Shown: positions 9,101-17,170 of the stretch, piece after piece
Layout of the letters: each line of letters begins with the position of its first letter
How positions within the stretch are numbered: the stretch's first letter is position 1
From: a bacterium
Lineage (GTDB): Bacteria; Zhuqueibacterota; Zhuqueibacteria; Residuimicrobiales; Krinioviventaceae
DNA length: 64,000 nt
Direction of reading: 5' to 3'
Assembly (NCBI GenBank): GCA_963674595.2
Contig: CAXXFV010000016.1
Coordinates: 544,001 to 608,000 of the forward strand
Made by a program: the position numbers and the translations under genes
The notes under the pieces: generated by a model
The model's input: only the letters and a program-made list of their open reading frames with translations
Told to the model about the DNA's origin: nothing
Database searches by the model: none

Positions 9101-11796
9101 ATGCCGGTGAAAATATTACTGTTGTTTTTAAAAACAGTAAATCCGGTGATGAAGAATTGTTCGATTTAGGTGATGCGCCGGATTGCACCAACCATTCCGG
9201 TCAGATGATGTTTGCCTATTCCGGTGTTTTGGCACGCTATCCCACCGTATTTGATCCGACCACGGGACCGCTGCAAGGGCCAAAGCATATTCATCCGCGT
9301 GATCTGGTGTTTTTGGGAAACCGGGTATCATTGGAAGCTGAAGCTGATATTGATGTAGATGAGGACCCGACGAATAATATTCTTCCGCAAAACAACAAAC
9401 CGGACCTTGATTATTTTGATGATGGTGTGAAATTGCCATTGGTCTTGCCCGATTGTGATACAACATCTTTCCAGTTTAGTGTTACTGTTGTTCCCGGTGT
9501 AACCCGGCAAAATTTTTATGTCAATGTCTGGTTCGACTGGAACCGTGATGGTGACTGGGAAGACAATGTCCCTTGTGATGGAACAACCGCCGCTGAGTGG
9601 GCTGTGCAAAATTATATGGTCACCTTAAGTTCAGGACACCATGTGTTATCTACTCCGTCATTTCGTTCTACTCATCCAACTTTTACCGGAAATCCGCCGC
9701 CCATTTGGATGCGGATAACAATCACAACCCAGGCCGCCGATACCGACGATGGCTCCGGTCCTGCTAATGGTTATAATTATGGTGAAACCGAAGATTATTT
9801 CTTTACGCCGCGTTTGCATAATGATATACAATATGATTTTGGTGATGCACCGGATGATGCAAACACTTCAATCTATCCCACGCTGCATATAAACTGCGGC
9901 GCTTATCATGACATATTGAACGATTTTAAACTTGGTGGATTAATAGATGCTGAAATTAACGGTCAGCCGACTCCGGATGCCATGGGTGATGATAATACGG
10001 CTTCGGATGATGAAGATGGAGTAACCTTTCAGACGCCGATAATTCCCGGACAATCGGCTGTTGTACAGGTGGTTGCATCTGATTCCGGAATTCTAAATGC
10101 CTGGATTGACTTTAATGCAAATACGGCCTGGGCAGATGTTAGCGATCATATTTTCATTGATGTTCCACTGGTTGCCGGTAATAATATGCTGACGTTTAAT
10201 GTGCCGTCAACTGCTTTATTGGGACCATCTTTTGCCAGATTCCGATTCAGTAAACTTCCCTTTGTTCTGCCTGTTGGGTATGGTCATGCCGGTGAAGTGG
10301 AGGACTATCAGGTTGAAATTGTTTCCGGCGAACAGGGACCTCCGTTGAAATGGATGCAGTGGCCGTTACGTAATGAGGATTTGGATTTGCCTTACACTCC
10401 CTATTATATAGGTTGGGATGTCCTTTCTGATTATGATGACACGTTTGTAGCAGACGACTGGTTCTGTAAAGCGCCCCGGCCGGTAACGGATATCCATTGG
10501 TGGGGCTCCTATGCTCTATGGGACAGCGCTTTTCCGCCGCCTGTTTGTCCGGATTCTTTTCATGTTGGAATTTGGAGCGATGTGAAGCCGGATGAATTTT
10601 GGGATTGGAGCCGTCCCCGTGAACTGCTTTGGGAAATTGTTGTTGCCCGGTCAGCGCTTCACGAACGGGCCGTGGAAAATGATTTTCATCCGGATTATAT
10701 GAGTAAACCGGATACCTGTTTTCAATACGACTATGACATTCCTATGGCCAAATGGTTTATACAGGAAGGTGATTCCACAGTTTACTGGTTGAGCATTGGT
10801 GCGATTTATAATGATGTCGTTCCGGATTCGTTTGTCTGGGGATGGTTAACCCGTGAACATTTCTTCCAGGATGATGCTGTATATGTTTACGATCCTGTTC
10901 AACCGACTGTCGGCGATACCACCATTAAAACCGAACCCATTAGTGAGGGCTGGGACATGGCCTTTGTGCTCGGTACGGATGATTATTTTCTGGAATTTGA
11001 TTATGGTGATGCCCCTATGGAACGGTACCCGACCTTATTTGGGCAAAACGGGCCTTTGCATATTATTGATCCATTGGTCTTTCTTGGTGAGCGTATCGAT
11101 CCGGAGGAGGATGGTCAGCCTGATTTTACCTGTACCGGTGATGACAATGACGGCAACAATGATGATGATGGAATTATCTTTATTGTATCCACCGAGACAG
11201 ATCCAAATACCTATGTCAAAATTACAACTTCCTGTCCCGGTTTTGTAAACGCCTGGATGGATTTTGATAATAATGCTGACTGGACTGATCCTGAAGACCG
11301 GATTTTATATGATGAACCCGTTCCTGGCGGACAATCTGTTTTACCGATACCGGTTCCGCAAGGATTTGAGATCGGCACTTATTTTAGCCGTTTCCGGTTC
11401 AGCACCCAGCCAGGTTTGACATTTGTCGGCATTGCTATTGATGGTGAGGTGGAGGATTATTACGCAGACCTGAGCACTGGTGATGTAAAGGTTGCCGATA
11501 ATACCAACGAATTACCAAAAGATTATCAGTTATATCAGAATTATCCCAATCCATTCAACAGAACAACGGAAATCAGATATGATTTACCGAAAGACGGATA
11601 TCTGCGGATGTCCATATATAACCTGACAGGTGCAGAGGTGCGTTTGCTGGTGAATAAATTTACCAGCGCCGGCAGTTATCAATTGTGTTGGGATGGCCGG
11701 GACAATCATGGGCAGATAATGTCCACCGGTATTTATCTGTTGGTTATTGATGTTGGTGACTATAGAACCATGCGAAAGGTTGTGCTGCTGAAATAA
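6088..11796 (+). CDS. C-terminal part of the giant GEVED-repeat protein with T9SS-A/FlgD-Ig-like sorting tail
   Basis: Starts mid-repeat (MGAGIDGEPDGQP); seven GE(V/T)EDY motifs; ends LYQNYPNPFN...WDGRD...GIYL...RKVVLLK; no signal peptide of its own. Confidence 0.88.
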   Translation: MGAGIDGEPDGQPTADSQGDDSDGSDDEDGIVFLNDFVPGNWASFTATVSVKGNLGGWLDFNGNGNWTDAGESVFINDTTVFAGANTWSVKVPQNAVIGNIITRFRFSTHHGQTFDGEWPDGEVEDYSVEIKESSDLGTITIIKKAYPADNTPFPFNSDFGPFTLKDPAAPSVTFAGVKPGTYNFKENIPMGWPVIAINAQDPNGGSSVDATNASASIVMDGNEHIIVTFTNYQGDLDNLDFGDAPDPTYPTLMANNGACHAIKPGFYLGSGIDPEQDGQPSALADGDNVNGVNDEHGVIMSPFIAPGQSVPVTVVASDTGVINAWFDFNINGNWGDPGEHVIAAQPVWPGANLFTFNVPSGAVHGLAFARFRLSSSRQISYDGFALDGEVEDYAVEIVEQGDDGSLVVYKDANPKDNTPFMICMQMTNSFFNILCTPLMDPLNNKMTVLNPVNIQNISEATIPGWTLKDIQITGDTDNGSTIDVTAGRVDLDYDPGENIVITFKNAISEDEQSYDLGDAPDGTNHDGLTMNAYSGVPARFPTVFDPATGTPQGPRHTNPKADAWLGADVSGELEADLLPDSDGLSNLDPPNDAADRDRYDDGVNIPFALPPCQDVYFVYKLTIPPGTVGKDRYVNAWFDWNRDGDWEDVFTCETQYDAPEWAVQNQLIPGGFPPGTYLFATPLFKSYHPQGKENDPIWMRITISEQATGFGGGSIGEGPANCYLYGETEDYYFVPQDTTDDAQFDFGDAPDPGYPTLLANNGARHVIIPNFYLGNGIDSESDGQPFSMADGDDKNTVYSGLPYPPGDEDGVQIPPIITKGGTVSVKVLASAPGVLNAWLDFNINNSWADAGEHIIAAQPVIAGMNSFSFSVPSTAQTGQSFARFRLSSVRNISYNGIAPDGEVEDYAVAIQGGDGGNITIIKDANPKDNTPFWISVVYGVSGGAAPYRDPIMNTATITNGPVGTYNMGESVPTGWVLDDIVVTGDADNGSSIDLGNALVDVDLDAGENITVVFKNSKSGDEELFDLGDAPDCTNHSGQMMFAYSGVLARYPTVFDPTTGPLQGPKHIHPRDLVFLGNRVSLEAEADIDVDEDPTNNILPQNNKPDLDYFDDGVKLPLVLPDCDTTSFQFSVTVVPGVTRQNFYVNVWFDWNRDGDWEDNVPCDGTTAAEWAVQNYMVTLSSGHHVLSTPSFRSTHPTFTGNPPPIWMRITITTQAADTDDGSGPANGYNYGETEDYFFTPRLHNDIQYDFGDAPDDANTSIYPTLHINCGAYHDILNDFKLGGLIDAEINGQPTPDAMGDDNTASDDEDGVTFQTPIIPGQSAVVQVVASDSGILNAWIDFNANTAWADVSDHIFIDVPLVAGNNMLTFNVPSTALLGPSFARFRFSKLPFVLPVGYGHAGEVEDYQVEIVSGEQGPPLKWMQWPLRNEDLDLPYTPYYIGWDVLSDYDDTFVADDWFCKAPRPVTDIHWWGSYALWDSAFPPPVCPDSFHVGIWSDVKPDEFWDWSRPRELLWEIVVARSALHERAVENDFHPDYMSKPDTCFQYDYDIPMAKWFIQEGDSTVYWLSIGAIYNDVVPDSFVWGWLTREHFFQDDAVYVYDPVQPTVGDTTIKTEPISEGWDMAFVLGTDDYFLEFDYGDAPMERYPTLFGQNGPLHIIDPLVFLGERIDPEEDGQPDFTCTGDDNDGNNDDDGIIFIVSTETDPNTYVKITTSCPGFVNAWMDFDNNADWTDPEDRILYDEPVPGGQSVLPIPVPQGFEIGTYFSRFRFSTQPGLTFVGIAIDGEVEDYYADLSTGDVKVADNTNELPKDYQLYQNYPNPFNRTTEIRYDLPKDGYLRMSIYNLTGAEVRLLVNKFTSAGSYQLCWDGRDNHGQIMSTGIYLLVIDVGDYRTMRKVVLLK

Positions 11797-11811
11797 AAAA
11801 TGATTAAAACG

Positions 11812-11852
11812 AAAGAGGAGAATAATTAAAATTTTTGATTATTCTCCTCTTT
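11812..11852. terminator. Probable bidirectional terminator hairpin between convergent genes
   Basis: AAAGAGGAGAATAATTAAAA / TTTTGATTATTCTCCTCTTT inverted repeat (19 of 20 complementary). Confidence 0.75.
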
Positions 11853-11915
11853 ATATTTTAATGTTCATTAGGAAATGAATATCGAAAAACTTTTGCCATA
11901 TTCTATATTTTCGTT

Positions 11916-12779
11916 TCATTCAACAGGAATATATATTTCACTTTCCGATTCCGGATTATAGGGTCCCAGGCATTTTTCACCGTAAAATTCAAAGTTAAAG
12001 GGTTTGGTCAGTTTGTAATCGGTTTCCGGTAAAAACTGGTTGTAAATATATTTATAGGTATAACCCACCTTATTGGCAAGTCCTTTATGAATAAAACACA
12101 GATAGTGTCCCTGGGGAATGATCTTAACCACAAACTGCGGCTGAATTTCATCCATGCTGTTTACCTCAACGCCGATAAAAAAATACAATCCACCCAGTTC
12201 CTGTTTTTCCGACCAGTACTGCACCTGATAGAACCGCTCCGGTTGTAACCTGTTTTTTATGGTATGCACTTCATTCATAAATTGGCCCCATTCTTTAGAC
12301 AGGTCATTTATCTTACAGTCATCACTCAGGAAAAAAGAAATACCGGCTAATATTTTTTGCGGCAACTCAACAAGCTGAGGCAGACTGTTTTTCAGCTTTT
12401 CTGACTGGTAAAGATAATCCTCATTAATACGATTGACAACAGGTAAATTGGAAATCGACAGGCCTTTCTTAACCTGTTTTGGATTGATGCCAAAAGTCTT
12501 TTTAAAGGCGCGTGAAAAGGCCTCGTGACTGTTAAACTGATAATCATAAGCGATTTCAATGATTTTTTTATTTGTATCTCTTAATTCTATCAACGCTTCA
12601 CAAAGCCGGCGTTGCTGAAGGTATGTTTTGGGTGAAAAACCAGTGACACTCGCGAACAGACGGATAAAATGGTACAGTGAATAGTGTACGGAATTCGCTA
12701 TATCCAACACATTTAATTCTTTTTTTAAATTTTTTTCAATGTATTGAACTGATTTTAAGATTATTTCTTTGTTGGTCAT
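11916..12779 (-). CDS. AraC-family transcriptional regulator with C-terminal GyrI-like effector domain
   Basis: N-terminal AraC HTH (YSLYHFIRLF...IAYDYQFNSHEAFSRAFKKTFGINP); GyrI-like C-terminus (FEFY...SEIYIPVE). Confidence 0.92.
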   Translation of the reverse strand: MTNKEIILKSVQYIEKNLKKELNVLDIANSVHYSLYHFIRLFASVTGFSPKTYLQQRRLCEALIELRDTNKKIIEIAYDYQFNSHEAFSRAFKKTFGINPKQVKKGLSISNLPVVNRINEDYLYQSEKLKNSLPQLVELPQKILAGISFFLSDDCKINDLSKEWGQFMNEVHTIKNRLQPERFYQVQYWSEKQELGGLYFFIGVEVNSMDEIQPQFVVKIIPQGHYLCFIHKGLANKVGYTYKYIYNQFLPETDYKLTKPFNFEFYGEKCLGPYNPESESEIYIPVE

Positions 12780-12838
12780 TTTATGCTCTGAAATTTATAA
12801 TATAAATTCCCCCCATTAGCAGGGGGGAGGCGAATATT

Positions 12839-13315
12839 TTAAAAGTTGAATTCATTTTCCCAATTAAAGGTCGCCGCATCCTCATCCCATTCCGGCCAGT
12901 GTTTACACCAATCCGGAACTGAACAATCTCTGACCCGTTCGCTTTTATTGTACGGTTTAATATCGATAACAGGTGTGCCGTCTTCAGCGTCTATATAAGG
13001 TGTATAAATAATGCCTTTAGCATAATCTATGTTTTGTACGTATATAGTTGTCAAAAGCACAGGATTCGGCCGGACCGGTGAACGTGTTGCAAAAATACCA
13101 ATTTTATCCGGACCTTTTTTATAGGGCTTTTCACCGATAAGGGTTTGGCGATATTCAGGGGATGCATATAAATGTCCCCACCAGCTTATTTGTAAATGAC
13201 TAAATCCGTTTATGTTGGTCAACGCCGGAATGTACGTGCCTTCCAGTTCGATACGGAATATGCCGTTTTCGCATCGGACAACCCCGATGGGATGAATGTC
13301 TATTTTAATTTCCAT
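12839..13315 (-). CDS. TrmO/TsaA-like SAM-binding domain protein
   Basis: HPIGVV, GFSHL, GIFATRSPVRPNP and DAEDGTPVIDIKPY motifs; RBS CGAGGAG. Confidence 0.85.
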   Translation of the reverse strand: MEIKIDIHPIGVVRCENGIFRIELEGTYIPALTNINGFSHLQISWWGHLYASPEYRQTLIGEKPYKKGPDKIGIFATRSPVRPNPVLLTTIYVQNIDYAKGIIYTPYIDAEDGTPVIDIKPYNKSERVRDCSVPDWCKHWPEWDEDAATFNWENEFNF

Positions 13316-13976
13316 AATGACTCCTCGATTTTAAATGAGCAAATTAATTATGGATACCGGTCATCCATAGGTTAAAATAGACATTTTTTTTCTACAATGC
13401 TTGATTGTTCTTGCCATTATAATATAAATTAGTTGATATATTTTGCTGTTTACAAATTTCAAAGTCTTTATTAGTTTTTAAAAATTAAACCTTTTACGAT
13501 TTGGATACAAATGTTAAGGAGGTTGTCAAGATTAAAATTGTGATATGTAATTTAGTATGTGGATACTACAGTCGAAAAAAATGCTGTAAGTGATTTTTTT
13601 AAAAAAAAGTATTGCTTGGTAAAAATTTATTAATTATGTTTATATTATTTTTTATGAACTTAAAAAGTAATAGCAATTTATGGGATGATGGTGATGATGA
13701 TGGGAATATTAAATTGCATGTGGTCTAATGTTATGTGAGTCAGTATAATTAAAACTGATTTATGGGTTACAAGTTTTATACTGATGACATATTCCAGCAT
13801 TCCTTTCACTTCTTATTCTATCCCTAAAAAAGATAATTTACTCTTGTATTTTACTGACAGCCGTATTTTCTGTAAATATACCCAATATTTATTGGAATTA
13901 TAATTTTTCTTTACATGGGAGCTAAAAATCCCATATGGTGTTAAGAAGATTTTGTCGAGTAATTTTTGAGGATTTG

Positions 13977-14309
13977 ATGAAAAAACTGAACTATATTTTT
14001 TGTTTGTTGATATTGACTTGTTTTCAATATTTACATGCAGAGGGTTCAATCGTCGTTAAAAATGCCGGTATGAAGCAGATTAACGGTGTATATGTTCAAA
14101 CGGGAATATATAAGGACCACCCTGTTTATGTAAAGGATGAATGCAAAATTCAATATAAGGGATGTAGAAGCAAATGGGTTATTTATTATAAAGATAAGGC
14201 CTTTTATAAAAACATTCAGGACAGTGATGTGTGCCCGTTAATTGACTGGCAAATGACCTGTTTGGCTAAAAAAGATTCGCTGTATGTTCCTCTATTGCAG
14301 AAAAACTGA
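13977..14309 (+). CDS. Small secreted Cys-containing hypothetical protein
   Basis: ATG 13977 follows GAGG; signal peptide MKKLNYIFCLLILTCFQYLHA; shares a module with the next gene. Confidence 0.7.
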   Translation: MKKLNYIFCLLILTCFQYLHAEGSIVVKNAGMKQINGVYVQTGIYKDHPVYVKDECKIQYKGCRSKWVIYYKDKAFYKNIQDSDVCPLIDWQMTCLAKKDSLYVPLLQKN

Positions 14310-14337
14310 CTATTATAATTTTTAAAAGGAGACGAGT

Positions 14338-15999
14338 ATGAAAGTTGTTAAAATAATTCTACTGAGTGTGCTTTTGTTATTACCCTTGCAAGTGTTTGCT
14401 GAAACTGTCACCTTTCCTGTTTCCGGTTTAAGTTTTACTGAGAACAACCATTCATTTTCTTTTAGTGGTAATGGACAGATTATTAGTAACAGTTACAGAA
14501 GTGCTTCCTATTGTGCTATGTTAAACTCTAATTATGGCGCCAGTTGGTATTTGACGAAAGTAGGAGGCAACAAATTTCAGTTAAATAATTTATGGATTTA
14601 TAACCTGCAGGGTTATAGCTATTCCATCCAGTTTAAAGGATATGACGGAAGTACTGAAAAGTATTCAAAGGATGTTACAATACCGACCGGGGGGTATTCA
14701 CAGGTTACATTCAGTGGTTGGACAGACATAACAAAAATTCAAGGAATTTCACCCACAGCTAGTACCGGGTGGGCTTGTGATGACATCAACTATACGGTTA
14801 ATAATACGGCGCCTACCAACATTACGTTGGATAATTCTGCCGTGGATGATGGTGATCCAAGTGGAACAACAGTCGGCACATTTACGACTACAGATACGGA
14901 TGATAATGGTGCACATACATATACATTTGCATCCGGTGGTGCAGACAATGGCAGTTTTACCATAGACGGGGCATTGTTGAAAACAGCATTCGTGGCTGAC
15001 TATGATACAAAAAACAGTTATTCTGTAAAAATACGATCCACAGACACCGGCAGTTTGTGGTATGAAAAAGATTTGGCGATAACAGTAAATCCTGCGGCAC
15101 CCAGTCAATATATCGTTACGAGTGCGGAAAACTCTGATTATAATGGTACTTATGTGCGCAATGGCAGTCTGAATGGTTATCCCAAGTATACAAAAGGGAG
15201 CTATAATTTAGCTTATAAAGATTGTAGTATTCAATGGTTTATTGGTGTAGGTGATGATCCTTCCCCACCAACATATTCATCAACAGAATCTGCGTCACTA
15301 CCTCCATCTTCGGGGTGGAGTCAAGGTTGTACATGGGACTTTACATCTTCTGATGTTAGCGTTGCCGATGGTGACGGATCATTGCCAGTAGAATTATCTG
15401 ACTTTACTGCAGTTTCTGAGAGAGGTACTATTTTAATCAAATGGAACACCCAAAGTGAAACCGGCCACCTCGGTTTTATTGTGCAGCGAGCACAAATTCA
15501 ACAAAATGAAAAATTAACCTGGTGTGATATTGCCGGCTACAAACACGACCAATCATTAAAAGGCACAGGTGATACAACAAACAAACGCGAATACCAATAT
15601 CGAGATAAAGATGTTGAAAAAGATGAGCAGTATTCTTATCGTTTAGTCAGTGTGGCGCTCGATGGAAGTCGGGAATATTCATACAGTATAAATGTTACCA
15701 ATAATTCATCAATACCTAAAGACTTTTCGCTGCATCCGGCTTATCCCAATCCATTTAATCCGGCAACCACATTGAGTTTTGATATTGCTGAACCTTGTTA
15801 TGTGGAAATTTATGTGACAAATGTTACCGGAAAATATGTCAGAACACTGATGTATCAGGCATCTCCAGCCGGGCAACATACCGTACAATGGGATGGTTTG
15901 GACCACCAGGGAGTACGGTCGGCAAGTGGTGTTTATTTTATCATCATGAAAACCAGTCAAAACCACCATTTCTCCCAAAAAGTATTAATGTTAAAATAA
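14338..15999 (+). CDS. Secreted protein with cadherin-like domain and T9SS-A/FlgD-Ig-like tail
   Basis: Signal peptide; NTAPTNITL...DYDTKNSYSVKIRSTD cadherin-like repeat; LPVELSDFTA; AYPNPFNP...WDG...SGVYF tail; RBS AGGAG. Confidence 0.85.
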   Translation: MKVVKIILLSVLLLLPLQVFAETVTFPVSGLSFTENNHSFSFSGNGQIISNSYRSASYCAMLNSNYGASWYLTKVGGNKFQLNNLWIYNLQGYSYSIQFKGYDGSTEKYSKDVTIPTGGYSQVTFSGWTDITKIQGISPTASTGWACDDINYTVNNTAPTNITLDNSAVDDGDPSGTTVGTFTTTDTDDNGAHTYTFASGGADNGSFTIDGALLKTAFVADYDTKNSYSVKIRSTDTGSLWYEKDLAITVNPAAPSQYIVTSAENSDYNGTYVRNGSLNGYPKYTKGSYNLAYKDCSIQWFIGVGDDPSPPTYSSTESASLPPSSGWSQGCTWDFTSSDVSVADGDGSLPVELSDFTAVSERGTILIKWNTQSETGHLGFIVQRAQIQQNEKLTWCDIAGYKHDQSLKGTGDTTNKREYQYRDKDVEKDEQYSYRLVSVALDGSREYSYSINVTNNSSIPKDFSLHPAYPNPFNPATTLSFDIAEPCYVEIYVTNVTGKYVRTLMYQASPAGQHTVQWDGLDHQGVRSASGVYFIIMKTSQNHHFSQKVLMLK

Positions 16000-16006
16000 G
16001 TTCTTT

Positions 16007-16048
16007 ATGGCGGTATGATAATATTTTTGTACCGCCATTTTATTTTCT
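16007..16048 (+). terminator. Rho-independent terminator candidate
   Basis: ATGGCGGTA / TACCGCCAT stem followed by a T-rich tract just after the stop at 15999. Confidence 0.65.
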
Positions 16049-16084
16049 ATAATTATAAGTATTAATTCTGATTGATGTGAATCT

Positions 16085-17089
16085 ATGCGTTTGTTTCGTT
16101 TTACCGGTCCCAATATTGGCTTGAAACTTTTTCCATATTTGGTTTATTTATCATTTTTTGTATTATCTGTCGATTTTGTCTATAGAACGATAAATGATAT
16201 AAATTATATGAATAGATCAAAGTGCATCCTCAATCAGATTATACCGCCATTGCTTTTTTTATTTTACGAGTATTTTATCGAATTAGCCATGATTGTTATT
16301 GTGGGGATATTCATCGCTGTTGTTTTACAAGCCTGGTTCAGTCGTTTTTACCGGTTTTTCCCCACAAACCCGGTAACTGCATTTCTATATGCATCTGTTT
16401 TACCGGTTTGTTCCTGTAGTGTTTTGCCGTTACTGGAAACATTGGATGAAAAATTATCCTATCGGACGTTGATAACATTCATTGTCGCCGCCCCGCTTTT
16501 AAATCCATATATTATTGTTTTGTCATTTACTGTTTTGGGGCCTCTATATGCTGTTTTACGTATTTTTAGTTCATTCCTGCTTGCTGTTTGTGCCGGTTTC
16601 GTCCTGGAGCTTTTTTCAGGCGGCAAACAAGCGGTAAACAAACACATAAATTTTTCATGTGATTCTTCCAATTGTGTGGCACCAGGAAACAGCCCTTTTG
16701 AAAAAAGTTATCACATGTTTAAAAAAATTATCCCCTATTTGGTTATTGCCGGTATACTGGGAATTGTTTCAGAATTGTTATTGCCAATGCAATTTATGGG
16801 CAATCTGAACATCGGCACAGGATTAAAAAGTCTGCTGGTCTTTGTCCTTGTTGGAATACCTATTTATTTTTGTAACGGAACAGATGTTTTATTCTTACGT
16901 CCATTAATCTGTAATGGTATGGGAATGGGGACAGCTATTGCATTTTCTCTGACATCAACAGCGATCTGTATTTCTTCTTTTGTGATGTTATTAAAATTCC
17001 TGGGGAAAAAACAAACTGTAATTTTGACATTATTTATTCTCATATCCACAATCTTGTTAGGTGTTGCCATTAATTTGCTGTTGGGATAG
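16085..17089 (+). CDS. Permease, ArsP/DUF318-like (start may be ATG 16207)
   Basis: LPVCSCSVLP, FIVAAPLLNP and IPIYFC motifs; many TM segments. Confidence 0.8.
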   Translation: MRLFRFTGPNIGLKLFPYLVYLSFFVLSVDFVYRTINDINYMNRSKCILNQIIPPLLFLFYEYFIELAMIVIVGIFIAVVLQAWFSRFYRFFPTNPVTAFLYASVLPVCSCSVLPLLETLDEKLSYRTLITFIVAAPLLNPYIIVLSFTVLGPLYAVLRIFSSFLLAVCAGFVLELFSGGKQAVNKHINFSCDSSNCVAPGNSPFEKSYHMFKKIIPYLVIAGILGIVSELLLPMQFMGNLNIGTGLKSLLVFVLVGIPIYFCNGTDVLFLRPLICNGMGMGTAIAFSLTSTAICISSFVMLLKFLGKKQTVILTLFILISTILLGVAINLLLG

Positions 17090-17170
17090 GGGTTTTCAGC
17101 AGGGGGGCAGGTATACCTGCATTATTTTATTGTAGTAAATATTCATCCGAATCCATTTATTATTATCTTT

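Noticed and set aside
17107-17120. Perfect 14-bp palindrome GCAGGTATACCTGC as a mobile or operator element
   Set aside because: Single copy between convergent genes; most simply part of a terminator.
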